Shown: one piece after another, positions 8,878 through 19,754 of the stretch
Layout: each line of letters begins with the position of its first letter
How positions within the stretch are numbered: the first letter of the stretch is position 1
Assembly: GCA_021324455.1 (NCBI GenBank)
Contig: JAJPJA010000139.1
Span: forward strand, 6,207 to 70,206
Direction: 5' to 3'
DNA length: 64,000 nt
Source: Pseudomonadota bacterium
Lineage (GTDB): Bacteria > Desulfobacterota > Binatia > Binatales > Binataceae
The notes under the pieces: model-generated
What the model saw: only the letters and a program-made list of their open reading frames with translations
Told to the model about the DNA's origin: nothing
Database searches by the model: none
Made by a program: the position numbers and the translations under genes

Positions 8878-9891
8878 ATGGAAAATACCAGCCCCACGCA
8901 CCATCGCATCGAAAGCCGCTTCCACACCCTGTTTCAACGCGATTACGCGGTGCATGCACCCGACATGCGCCGCCTGTACGAAAACGCCAAGCGCGATCAG
9001 TGGAATGCCGCCGTCGACGTGGACTGGAGCGCGCCGGTCGATCTGGACGCGGGCGTATTCGCCGACGGCCTGATCGACGGCTATGGCAGCCCGCTGTGGG
9101 ATCGGCTCGATAGCGCCGCCCGCCGCCGTCTCAATTTGGAATTCTCATGCTGGCGGCTGTCGCAGTTTCTGCACGGCGAAGAGGGCGCGATGCTCGCGTG
9201 CAGTCAGTTGGTGGACATGGTTCCGGCCAACGACGCCAAATTTTTTCAATCCACGCAGGTGCTTGACGAGGCGCGGCATACCGAAGTGCTGAGCCGCTAT
9301 CTGAACGAGAAATGCGGCGGGCGCATTTATCCGATCGCCGACAATTTGCGCATCCTCTTCGATCACCTGCTCGGCGAGGGCAAGTGGTTCATCAAGACGG
9401 TTGGCTTGCAGCTAATCGCGGAGACCTTCGCGGTCGGGATGTTCCGGATGCTGGCTGAGACCGCGCAGGATCCGCTGCTGCGGTCGATCTGCCAGCGCAT
9501 CGTGGCCGACGAATCGCGCCACATGGGATTTTCCGTCCTCGGCTTGCCCGACGTTATCCGCGAACTGGACGGCGCCGAAATGCGCGAGCTGGAGCAGTTC
9601 ACGATCGAGGCGTGCCGGCTGGTGATGCGCGGGATGTTCGCGCGCGAAGCGTTCGAAGCCGCGGGCTTCAGCACCGAGCGTATCGCGGAGATCAAACGCA
9701 TCCGCGCCGAAGCCGCCCGCAGCAACGACTACGTCTATTTCCGCGCGCTGTTCAAGCGCGAAATGTACACCCAGGTTACGGGCAACCTGAAAAAAGTCGG
9801 CCTGATGACGCCGTGGATCGCCGGCCAACTCCGCTCCCTGGGCTTCGACCCCGAGGCCGACGGCCGCGCCCGCAATCCCGACCCGGTCTGA
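8878..9891 (+). CDS. ferritin-like diiron oxygenase (AurF-like family)
   Basis: Start set at MENTSP. Diiron ligand pattern is E...ExxH...E...ExxH (HGEEGAM, DEARHTE, AETFAV, ADESRHMGF). Confidence 0.75.
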   Translation: MENTSPTHHRIESRFHTLFQRDYAVHAPDMRRLYENAKRDQWNAAVDVDWSAPVDLDAGVFADGLIDGYGSPLWDRLDSAARRRLNLEFSCWRLSQFLHGEEGAMLACSQLVDMVPANDAKFFQSTQVLDEARHTEVLSRYLNEKCGGRIYPIADNLRILFDHLLGEGKWFIKTVGLQLIAETFAVGMFRMLAETAQDPLLRSICQRIVADESRHMGFSVLGLPDVIRELDGAEMRELEQFTIEACRLVMRGMFAREAFEAAGFSTERIAEIKRIRAEAARSNDYVYFRALFKREMYTQVTGNLKKVGLMTPWIAGQLRSLGFDPEADGRARNPDPV

Positions 9892-9902
9892 AAAAGCCCG
9901 CG

Positions 9903-10577
9903 CTACTCAAAACTTTTCGGCAGTATCGGATGTTCGTGGACCCAAACCACCGCGGACTGGCCGATGAACTTTCCGGAGTCCGGGCCGGATTCGTTCCTGT
10001 ACACGTCGGACTCGAAGGCGCGGCGAATCGCTTCGGGATTGTCGAACCATAGTTGCGCGGCGCCGTCCCATTTCGGCTCGGCGAAGGAATATACTTCGTC
10101 CAGCACCTCGCATTGCACGTAGCGGCGCAGTCCGGGCAGCTTGACAGCGATCGGCGCGTGGACTTCTTTCCAATACCGCCGGAACTCGGCCAGCGTCATC
10201 TCCGGCGGCCGCTTTACCGTAAAGATACCCTTGAGCATTTCCCTGCTGCGCGGCCCGTCGAGAATCACCCGGTCGATCACGGCAAGGTCTTCGGCGTGCG
10301 CATGATTGACGAAGTTCTCCTCGTCCTTTTTGAAGATCGGAATTACAGGGCTGCGGACCAGCGCGAGCATGTCCTCGAAGTCGTTGTGCCAGGTCTCAGC
10401 GATACCGTCGAAAGGCGCGGTGCTTTCCATCTCGGGCGCGCGATGGCTCTGGACGTAGCGTCTGATTTGCGGCACCGGAGCGGAGACGGCGCGCGGATGC
10501 CGCGTGCGCCAGTAGGTGAGGAACTGTTCCAGGGTGAGATCGCCGCGGCGGCCCATGAAATAGAATCTATGGATCAT
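9903..10577 (-). CDS. double EthD-domain protein
   Basis: 224 aa with two tandem EthD-like halves (LTLEQFLTYWRTRHPRAV...RRYVQ and MTLAEFRRYWKEVHAPIAV...RRYVQ). AAGGAG lies upstream of the ATG. Confidence 0.75.
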   Translation of the reverse strand: MIHRFYFMGRRGDLTLEQFLTYWRTRHPRAVSAPVPQIRRYVQSHRAPEMESTAPFDGIAETWHNDFEDMLALVRSPVIPIFKKDEENFVNHAHAEDLAVIDRVILDGPRSREMLKGIFTVKRPPEMTLAEFRRYWKEVHAPIAVKLPGLRRYVQCEVLDEVYSFAEPKWDGAAQLWFDNPEAIRRAFESDVYRNESGPDSGKFIGQSAVVWVHEHPILPKSFE

Positions 10578-10658
10578 TGAGATTTCTCCTTATAAGCGGG
10601 TTGCTGAGCGGACTCTTCCAGTTGCCGCCGCCCATTAAGGAACGGGCCCCGGCTCAGT

Positions 10659-11714
10659 TTACTTGATCGCCAATGCGTTGGGCGGAGAGCCGACCCCGCC
10701 GGGAATGTTGAGCGGCGCCGAGGTCAGGAAAAAGGTATATCGCCGGTCGGCGGCGCAATCCTCGGCCAACGCTTCCAAATCCCACATCTCGCCGATCGGC
10801 ATCCCGAAGAACGCCAGCAGATGCGGATGCAGCAGTTCGTTCATCCCCTGCGTATTGATCGCTTCGAAGGCCGGCGTGTCGGACGCGACCGCGGCGATGC
10901 GATTGTCCCACAGCCATCGCGCGGTTGCTCTGCTGCCCTCCACCCCGGGAGCATTGGGCGTCTGCGCGACCTGTTGCCTGATTTTTTGGTCGGATTCCAG
11001 GTAAGACTTGAGCCATCCCATCCGCACCAGCAGGATGTCGCCGGGCCGGAGTTTGGTTTTTTGCTCGGCCAGAATCGCCTCCAAATCCTTGACCGCAATC
11101 GCGTCGGTGCCGGTGCAGTGAATGCTCTTGCCGCGGCGTTCGAAGTAGCGCGCGGCGTCGACCAGCACGCCGCGCCCCGCGATTCCGTGCCGGGCCAGAT
11201 TCTCGATTCCCAGATGAGTGCCGCCGCCGCCGCGCCCGGTCACTTCGGTTTCCGGCAGCCCGTTGTAATGCCCGTGCACGGGATGCTTGATATGGCCGAC
11301 CGCGTCCCATTGCGAAGAGCATTGCGGATAGAAATTGTCGAGGTAATCGTCGGTAAAGAATTCGGCGTTGGGCAGCGGAAACACATGATGCCGCAGCGCG
11401 CCGCGTCCATACAGAGGAGGGTCGGGCAGGTTGAGCGGCAGATTGAGCGCAAACACGCGTCCGGTGCGGATTTCGGCCGCCGCCCTGATCACGGACCGCG
11501 GCGTCAGCAGGTTGATGGTGCCCAGTTCGTCGGCGTCGCCGAACACGCCCCATGCGGCGCCTTGCGGAGCGCCGGCGCGGATCGGCAGTTCGTCATAGCG
11601 CGGCAGCCTGGGCGCGGATGCGGCGGTGCGCGCGCGGGCTTTTGGTTTGGGTTTCGCGGCCGCGGCCATCCTGTTTCTGGCTTTTGCGGTGACTTTCCTG
11701 CGCGCTGTGGCCAT
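10659..11714 (-). CDS. cyclase-family protein (kynurenine formamidase / isatin hydrolase superfamily) with basic N-terminal extension
   Basis: Strong GGGAGGAG upstream of the ATG. The C-terminal signature PLNIPGGVGSPPNALAIK is shared with the paralog at 52390-53373. The N-terminal 40 aa are Lys/Arg/Ala-rich. Confidence 0.8.
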   Translation of the reverse strand: MATARRKVTAKARNRMAAAAKPKPKARARTAASAPRLPRYDELPIRAGAPQGAAWGVFGDADELGTINLLTPRSVIRAAAEIRTGRVFALNLPLNLPDPPLYGRGALRHHVFPLPNAEFFTDDYLDNFYPQCSSQWDAVGHIKHPVHGHYNGLPETEVTGRGGGGTHLGIENLARHGIAGRGVLVDAARYFERRGKSIHCTGTDAIAVKDLEAILAEQKTKLRPGDILLVRMGWLKSYLESDQKIRQQVAQTPNAPGVEGSRATARWLWDNRIAAVASDTPAFEAINTQGMNELLHPHLLAFFGMPIGEMWDLEALAEDCAADRRYTFFLTSAPLNIPGGVGSPPNALAIK

Positions 11715-11740
11715 GCACTCCTCCCTTCAGAGACCGTTGA

Positions 11741-13219
11741 TCAAAACGAGCTGCCCTCTTCTATCGCGGCTTCCTCGCGCACCAGTTCCCGGAACTCCTC
11801 ATCGATGATCCTCTTCTCGCGCCATCCGCCCCACATGAACAAATACCCCGCCATCACCGCCGACAGCACCGTCGTCACCGGGAACGCGTACCAGATGCCC
11901 CTGACGTGAAGCGCGGTGTGCGAGGACAGCACGTAGGCGAGCGGAAAACGCAGCACCCACAGCGAGATCATCGCCAGCACCATCGGAGCAACCGTATCGC
12001 CGGCTCCGCGCAGCGACCCGGTCAGCACCTGCTGCAGCCCGATGAAGCCGAAGGTAAGCGCGATCGATCGGATGAAGACCGAGCTTTCATCAATCACGGA
12101 CCCGCCTTGCGGAATGAAAAAGCGGGCAATTGACGGCGCGCCGAAATAAGCCAGCACTCCGGCCATGCTCAGGGTGATAAAGGCCAGCGAGCAACTGATG
12201 GTGTTGGTGCGCTCCGCGCGCGGCAACTGGCCGGCGCCGATGTTCTGGCCCACCAGCGCCGACGTCGCCACCGACAGGCCTATGGCCGGAACCAGCGCGC
12301 AGCTCATCACCCGCACGCCGATCCCGTACGCCGCCACCGACACGGTGCCGAAGCCCGCCACCAGCATGGTCATCACGGTCATGCCCAGGGCCTGGGTGGA
12401 TTGCTCGATCGAGGAGGGAAAGCCGATCCGAAAGATGCGGCGCATCAGATCGAAGTCGGGCGGCAGATCGCGCAGCCGCAGATGAATCCCGTGGCGGCCG
12501 CGCACCATCAGTGTCAGTCCGATGGCCGCCGCCAGCGCCTGCGTGCACAGCGTCGCCAGAGCCGAACCGGCCACGCCCATCTTGGGGAACGGTCCCCAGC
12601 CGAAAATCAGCAGCGGGTCGAGGGCGAAATTGATCAGGACCGTGATGAAGACGATGACCATCGGCGGGTAAACGATACCGCGCCCGCGCATCAGCGCCTG
12701 GTAGGCGAAAAAGGCGAAAACAAAGATGAAACCCAGCACCGCGATCTGGAAGAAGCGCACCGCGTCGGGCAGCACGTCGGGCGCCGCGCCCATCAGACGC
12801 ATCGTCGGCACCGCCAGCGTGTAGCCGATCGCGGCCAGCACCAGCGAGACCAGAAATACCATCAGCAGGGTCTGCGCGGCGACATGATTGGTCGCCTCCT
12901 GGTCGCCGCGCCCGGTGTACTGCGCCAGCAGTACGGTGCCGGCGATGGGCAATCCACCGCCCAGCGCAATCAGCAGGAAACTGATCGGAAAACAGAACGA
13001 AACCGCGGCCACCGCCTGTGCGCTCAGCCGTCCGACCCAGAAGGTATCGACCACCTGGTAAGCGGTCTGCAGGATGTTGGAAATTATGATCGGGAAAGAA
13101 AGGCGGATTATAGCCACACTGATGGATCCCTGCGTAAGCGGCGCGATATGACGCGGGGGCTTCAGCGGGTCCGCTTGCGGCGCGGCGCAAGCTACCGACC
13201 GTGGGACGGGCTTATCCAA
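11741..13219 (-). CDS. MATE-family efflux transporter
   Basis: Polytopic membrane protein with the MATE N-terminal pattern IIRLSFPIIISNILQTAYQVVDTFWVGRL. The start is uncertain. I chose TTG at 13219, 6 nt after AAAGGA. The long upstream ORF extension is Arg/Pro-rich and unlikely to be coding. Confidence 0.8.
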   Translation of the reverse strand: MDKPVPRSVACAAPQADPLKPPRHIAPLTQGSISVAIIRLSFPIIISNILQTAYQVVDTFWVGRLSAQAVAAVSFCFPISFLLIALGGGLPIAGTVLLAQYTGRGDQEATNHVAAQTLLMVFLVSLVLAAIGYTLAVPTMRLMGAAPDVLPDAVRFFQIAVLGFIFVFAFFAYQALMRGRGIVYPPMVIVFITVLINFALDPLLIFGWGPFPKMGVAGSALATLCTQALAAAIGLTLMVRGRHGIHLRLRDLPPDFDLMRRIFRIGFPSSIEQSTQALGMTVMTMLVAGFGTVSVAAYGIGVRVMSCALVPAIGLSVATSALVGQNIGAGQLPRAERTNTISCSLAFITLSMAGVLAYFGAPSIARFFIPQGGSVIDESSVFIRSIALTFGFIGLQQVLTGSLRGAGDTVAPMVLAMISLWVLRFPLAYVLSSHTALHVRGIWYAFPVTTVLSAVMAGYLFMWGGWREKRIIDEEFRELVREEAAIEEGSSF

Positions 13220-13404
13220 AACGCATCCTTTGCCTGCCAGAACACACGCGAATCCATACAGCAGGCCGCCGTTCTTGTCGAATCCCGCAATCGTTGCCGG
13301 CCCCGAGAGCGGCGCCGCCCACGGCCTTGACAGGCTTGAAGCCGGTGGGTTACTCGTCCGCCAGTTATTTCTCCCGCCGGCCGCGGGAGCCAAGGAGTAT
13401 CGCG

Positions 13405-14214
13405 ATGGACATGAAAGGCAAGGTTGCGATCGTAACCGGCGCCAGCCGCGGGATGGGCAAGCAGATGGCGCTGCGGCTGGCCAAACATGGCGCCAACGTG
13501 GTGCTCGCGGCGCGCACCGTGGACCCGGCACAGAGCGAATGGCCCGGCTCATTGAAGGAGACCGAACAGGAAATCCGCGCCCTCGGCGCCGACTGCACTC
13601 CCGTACGATGCGACCTGACGCAGCGCAAGGACGTGGAAAATCTGTGCGCAACCGCGCTGAAGAAATACGGACGGGTCGATATCCTGCTCAATAACGCCCG
13701 CTACGTCGGCCCCGGTCATTTCGATCCCTTCCTGCAGCTCGATATCGATACCTGGGAGAAGAACGTCAACACCAACCTGATGGCGCCAATCATCGCCAGC
13801 CGCATGTGCATTCCGAATATGATCCAGAACAGGACCGGCATGATCATATGCACCACCTCCTCGGCGGCGACGGCGAAATTCGGCCTGCCCGGCAAGGGCG
13901 GAATGGCGATGCATTATCCGATCACGAAACTGGCGCTCAACCGCTTTGTCCAATGCCTGGGCCAGGAGATGGAAGAACACCGGATTCCCGTCATCGCGCT
14001 GGATCCGGGCGGCGTGCTCACCGAGCGCATCGAGATGGAGATCAAGGCGGGGTCGGGCGCGGCCGCGGCCGGTTTCGATCCAAACGTGTTCAAGTCGATG
14101 AATATACCCGCCTCGGCGGTCGAATACCTGTGCTGCACCTGTCCCGATCCGATGCAGTATACGGGCAAGGTTGTGGTCTCGCAGGAGTTGGTGGATAAGT
14201 TTCATCTGGTATGA
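13405..14214 (+). CDS. SDR-family oxidoreductase
   Basis: AAGGAG upstream of the ATG. Cofactor motif TGASRGMG and catalytic YPITK are present. Confidence 0.85.
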   Translation: MDMKGKVAIVTGASRGMGKQMALRLAKHGANVVLAARTVDPAQSEWPGSLKETEQEIRALGADCTPVRCDLTQRKDVENLCATALKKYGRVDILLNNARYVGPGHFDPFLQLDIDTWEKNVNTNLMAPIIASRMCIPNMIQNRTGMIICTTSSAATAKFGLPGKGGMAMHYPITKLALNRFVQCLGQEMEEHRIPVIALDPGGVLTERIEMEIKAGSGAAAAGFDPNVFKSMNIPASAVEYLCCTCPDPMQYTGKVVVSQELVDKFHLV

Positions 14215-14226
14215 CGACGCGTCTTC

Positions 14227-14256
14227 GCTGCGCGGCCGCGGATGCGTCCGCGCAGC
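14227..14256 (+). terminator. GC-rich hairpin after the SDR gene
   Basis: GCTGCGCGG-N12-CCGCGCAGC begins 13 nt after the stop. No T-run follows. Confidence 0.3.
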
Positions 14257-14826
14257 GCGCTTGCGTGGCTTCGCCTCCATGGCGCCCAGACCAGAATGCG
14301 GGGCGCGCTCTCCCTGTCACTGAAATCGATCCGGCATTTTTTCGAAGCGGGGAGCCTGCCGTTAATCAATCGCGATCGGAGCGAACCCGCACGGGCCGCC
14401 GGAGTCCGGCCGGAATACCTCGGAACCATGATTCGTATTCGCTTTGGATTATCGTGACAGTTCTATTCTGAGCTAACGCAGGCTATACCCTCGACATGGG
14501 CCGACGAACCTGCGGGCCCGCAAGCGTCAGGTTGGCGCCAATCCATACAATCTGACCCCATCCGATGCAGCCTGCGCATGCCGCATCTGCGTCCAATCGC
14601 AACACAAAGACAGATTTCATTTCAATTTATCCAGAAATACTCACAACTGCATAAGTGGCACACACAATGCAAATTTCCGGCTTGTCCTGATTCGAAGAGC
14701 AGCGTATGAACAACAATCCTGAAGCGATAAGAAAAGATGGCGTATTGACCGACAGATAACCACTTTTTGGTTCGCCCGTCCGCTGCTTCCGCGCAACAGG
14801 GAATTTCAAACGCACGGAGGCTGCAA

Positions 14827-16416
14827 ATGAACGCTCGCCGCGGTTTTCTCACCGTCGCGATCACGGCAATCGCAATCCTTGGTGTCCTGATAACCGGTCT
14901 GCCCGGCATCCGGCTCACGCCAGCGAATGCCGCATCGACATACATCACGATTGGCTCGCCCGGCGGGGGCGCGACCGTTCACGGTACGATCACGGTTGCC
15001 ACTAAAGAAAGCGCAAACGTGAGTTGGGTCAACTTTTACGTCGACGGCCTATGGTTCGCATCCAATCCTCCCGCCGCATTACCGCCCTATTCGGTGGCCT
15101 GGAACTCGAAATCGGCCGCGGACGGCAAGCATACGCTGTCCGTCAACGGCTACAATTCCAGCAATGTAGTAATCGCCGGGGCCAGCGTGAACGTGACGGT
15201 GCGCAACTCGACAGCGCCATCGCCGACGCCGCGCCCAACTCCGACTCCAAAACCTACACTCAAGCCGACCCCGACCGCATCTCCCAAACCGAGTCCCGGA
15301 GCGTCTCCGAAACCAACCGCGACTGCATTGGCCTCGACCTATATAACAATAACGTCGCCCGCGGCGGGCGCCACCGTCAGCAATACGATTACTTTAGCTA
15401 CTCATGAAAGCAGCAATGTAAGCTGGGTCAATTTCTACGTGGATAATGTATGGTTCGCGTCCAATCCTCCCACCACTCCACCGCCGTATTGGATGGTTTG
15501 GAATTCAAACGCGGTAGGCAATGGCAGCCATACACTATCGGTCGACGGCTACAATTCGAGCAATGTAGTAATCGCGAGCGCCAAAATAACTGTCAACGTG
15601 GAGAATTTCACCAGTCCGACTCCAACCATGCGGCCGACGTCAACCGCGCGTCCAGGCACGACTCCAACCCCGCGCCCGACCATGCTTCCCACGGCGTCGC
15701 CCAAGCCCAGCCCATCTCCGGCGCCCTCGGTTGCCTATCCTCTTTCCGACGCCGCCGCGGCCGCCAAGGTAACGCTCAATGCGGCGTTCGAGCCGCGGCC
15801 CGGGAATTACACCCCCAACCACAAGGTTCCCAACGCCGGAGAGCTGGCGCTGATCGGCAGCCTGAGCTGGCTCGATACCCATGGCAATGGCCTGCTGACC
15901 AGGGCCACCGGCAATTACACCGGCACCACCGACGAGATTCTGCAGTGGGCGGCCTACAAGTGGGGTTTCGATCCGGATATAACGCGCGCCAACGCGGTCA
16001 CCGAAACGCATTGGTATCAGTACGATCTGGGCGATATCGGCAACGGCGTGAGCCTTGGTATCCTGCAGATCAAGTCGCGCGACTACGCCGGCACCTGCAA
16101 TCCGGTTTCGAGCAACGGCTTCAATACCAGCTACGTCACGGATCCGAACTGCCTGTCGTATAACTACACCGCATTCGCGGCCGACTACAAGTTGGCTTAT
16201 CAGCGCGCATGCATGGACGGCAGCATCACGTATCTCAATTCGCAGACTCCGACCAGCGGCTATCCGACATACGCCAATGCCACCGGCAGCGCGCGGTTAT
16301 GGGGATGCATAGGCGACTGGTACAGCGGCAACTGGTACGACAGCGGTGCTTTGTCCTATATCAAGGATGTGCAGAACAATTTGGCCAACAAGACCTGGCT
16401 GCAGCCCGGATTCTGA
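14827..16416 (+). CDS. secreted protein: two Ig-like repeats with Pro/Thr linkers plus a C-terminal lysozyme-like (transglycosylase-like) domain
   Basis: GGAGG upstream of the ATG and a signal/anchor segment. The 133-aa module is duplicated. The C-terminal TETHWYQ...GVSLGILQIKS resembles the E...GLMQI motif of lytic transglycosylases. Confidence 0.75.
   Translation: MNARRGFLTVAITAIAILGVLITGLPGIRLTPANAASTYITIGSPGGGATVHGTITVATKESANVSWVNFYVDGLWFASNPPAALPPYSVAWNSKSAADGKHTLSVNGYNSSNVVIAGASVNVTVRNSTAPSPTPRPTPTPKPTLKPTPTASPKPSPGASPKPTATALASTYITITSPAAGATVSNTITLATHESSNVSWVNFYVDNVWFASNPPTTPPPYWMVWNSNAVGNGSHTLSVDGYNSSNVVIASAKITVNVENFTSPTPTMRPTSTARPGTTPTPRPTMLPTASPKPSPSPAPSVAYPLSDAAAAAKVTLNAAFEPRPGNYTPNHKVPNAGELALIGSLSWLDTHGNGLLTRATGNYTGTTDEILQWAAYKWGFDPDITRANAVTETHWYQYDLGDIGNGVSLGILQIKSRDYAGTCNPVSSNGFNTSYVTDPNCLSYNYTAFAADYKLAYQRACMDGSITYLNSQTPTSGYPTYANATGSARLWGCIGDWYSGNWYDSGALSYIKDVQNNLANKTWLQPGF
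14935..15729 (+). repeat. in-frame tandem duplication (2 x ~399 nt) inside CDS 14827-16416
   Basis: Units 14935-15333 and 15334-15729 both begin STYITI(G/T)SP and share blocks such as SNVSWVNFYVD, WFASNPP and GYNSSNVVIA. Each ends in a P/T/S/K-rich linker. Confidence 0.9.
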
Positions 16417-16484
16417 CCCGCCGGACGCATCGCAACTCCCCATTGGAATGCCCTCTCCCGCGGCTGCTTCCGCGGGCTCGGGCT

Positions 16485-16967
16485 TCAGCCGTTGAATTGG
16501 ATCGGCTGGGGACAAGCGTTGCCGCCGGCGTTGTAGTCATACACCATACGGCCGCCGAAATCTGCGCCGATAGTCACTGCGGCGATCAGAACCAGCAGCA
16601 GAAGTAAAAACACGATCCCGCCCCGTACCGGCATCGGCCGCGCGATCCATGCCCAACTCGAGAGCACCACGCTCAATCCCAGCACGCCGAGCATGATGCG
16701 CTGATGATTTATCAGGAGGTGTTCGCGCACCGAGGGCGCCACCATCACACCTTCGGCGGCGTAAAGTCCGCTCGCAACCGCGGCGGCCGCGCCGATCGTT
16801 CCCAGGCCCAGCAGCCACAGCCCGCTCCACGCCATACTCTGCCGGCGCGCGAGTGAGGCGAGAAAGTACAGGAGCGCGGCGCCGAACAAAAACGCAATCG
16901 GAAAATGAACTATTAACGGATGAATATTCTGAAGATGCCGCGCTCCCGGAAGCAGATGCCCCAGCAC
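16485..16967 (-). CDS. DUF2231-family integral membrane protein
   Basis: 160 aa, about 4 TM segments. The N-terminal HPLIVHFPIAFLFG signature and the C-terminal GGRMVYDY are typical of DUF2231. Confidence 0.7.
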   Translation of the reverse strand: MLGHLLPGARHLQNIHPLIVHFPIAFLFGAALLYFLASLARRQSMAWSGLWLLGLGTIGAAAAVASGLYAAEGVMVAPSVREHLLINHQRIMLGVLGLSVVLSSWAWIARPMPVRGGIVFLLLLLVLIAAVTIGADFGGRMVYDYNAGGNACPQPIQFNG

Positions 16968-16971
16968 GATC

Positions 16972-17328
16972 CTACTTCACCGATTCGACGGTGAGGAAAT
17001 GCATTCCGCCCTTGGTGTACTCCTGCCCGGTCACCGTCACCTCATCCTCCATCTTGTCCAGCACCGCCGCCGGCAGCGCCTGTTTGTCCTTGGGCGGCAA
17101 GAGGACGAAGTACTTGTCGGTCTTGTTCTGTTCCAGCAGCACAGGAATTCCAGCCTTGGCGCACGCCATGGCGCATTCGTGATGGCCCGAGCCGTGAGCG
17201 CCCATAGTCAGATAGCAGAAGCTGTCCCTCAAATGGCCGGTGACCGTGCTCGGCGCCGCGAACGCCGCGCCCGCACTTCCCAATCCCAGCAGCAGGCCCG
17301 CGCAGCAAGCAGTGATTGACTTGAGCAT
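16972..17328 (-). CDS. small secreted Cys/His-containing protein
   Basis: GGGAGGGA upstream of the ATG and a signal peptide (AAFA/AP). The mature part contains C...HGSGHHECAMAC. It ends 4 nt before the DUF2231 gene starts. Confidence 0.55.
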   Translation of the reverse strand: MLKSITACCAGLLLGLGSAGAAFAAPSTVTGHLRDSFCYLTMGAHGSGHHECAMACAKAGIPVLLEQNKTDKYFVLLPPKDKQALPAAVLDKMEDEVTVTGQEYTKGGMHFLTVESVK

Positions 17329-17416
17329 TTCAGTCCCTCCCTGGCGACGTTGTTCAGGATGCGGTCCAGTCGCTAATTGATTTTTTGCCAGCTTCCATTT
17401 CGATAAGCAAGCGCCG

Positions 17417-17908
17417 CTAACGCGGCCGACTCGACGGCTCGCTCTGAACCCGGCCGCCGAGGTCGGCCTGGCCCTCGAATTCGGAAACGGGGCGGTAAGA
17501 ATTGGAAGGCGTGACCGGCGGATTTTCGCGGTTCACGAAATATCGTCGGGGCAGCGGCGGATGGCGTTGGAGTTCCAGCGCGCACGGCGACGCCGATGCG
17601 CGCGCGGCGAGCGCCCGCACAGCTTGCTCCAATTGTTCGTCGCGAGTCCACGCGCCCGCGCCTTCGCGGATGACGGTTCCGGTAAAATCGTAGCGATGCC
17701 AGTACACGATTCGTGTGCGCGCGCCGGCGGGGTCATCGGGCAGCGCGTTGTACGACCATTTTTCGTTGAAAATAACTCCGTGCTCGCCATGGTCGCGCGG
17801 ATCGTTGAGGCTGCCCTCGATTCTGTCCGGCGTGCCCAGCAGCCAGGTTACCAGATTGCGAATAATACGGACGCCCGCCGAATCGACTGATAGAGCTTGC
17901 CCCGGCAT
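17417..17908 (-). CDS. hypothetical protein
   Basis: Start set at the first ATG downstream of the nuoEF stop. Third-codon-position GC is good across the ORF. No family recognised. Confidence 0.5.
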   Translation of the reverse strand: MPGQALSVDSAGVRIIRNLVTWLLGTPDRIEGSLNDPRDHGEHGVIFNEKWSYNALPDDPAGARTRIVYWHRYDFTGTVIREGAGAWTRDEQLEQAVRALAARASASPCALELQRHPPLPRRYFVNRENPPVTPSNSYRPVSEFEGQADLGGRVQSEPSSRPR

Positions 17909-17958
17909 GCCGTACCTCAATTGGAAATTACTCAGTTTGACTTTCGCCGGCGCGCGTT

Positions 17959-19749
<1,791 letters not shown>

Positions 19750-19754
19750 CACGT

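Noticed and set aside
10821-11909. 362-aa plus-strand ORF antisense to the cyclase and MATE genes
   Set aside because: Shadow ORF with no motifs. It spans two well-supported minus-strand genes.
14468-14560. THI-box-like elements (CTGAG...ACCCT...AACCTG)
   Set aside because: The spacing is wrong, the AGGGA element and pairing partners are missing, and the downstream gene is unrelated to thiamine.
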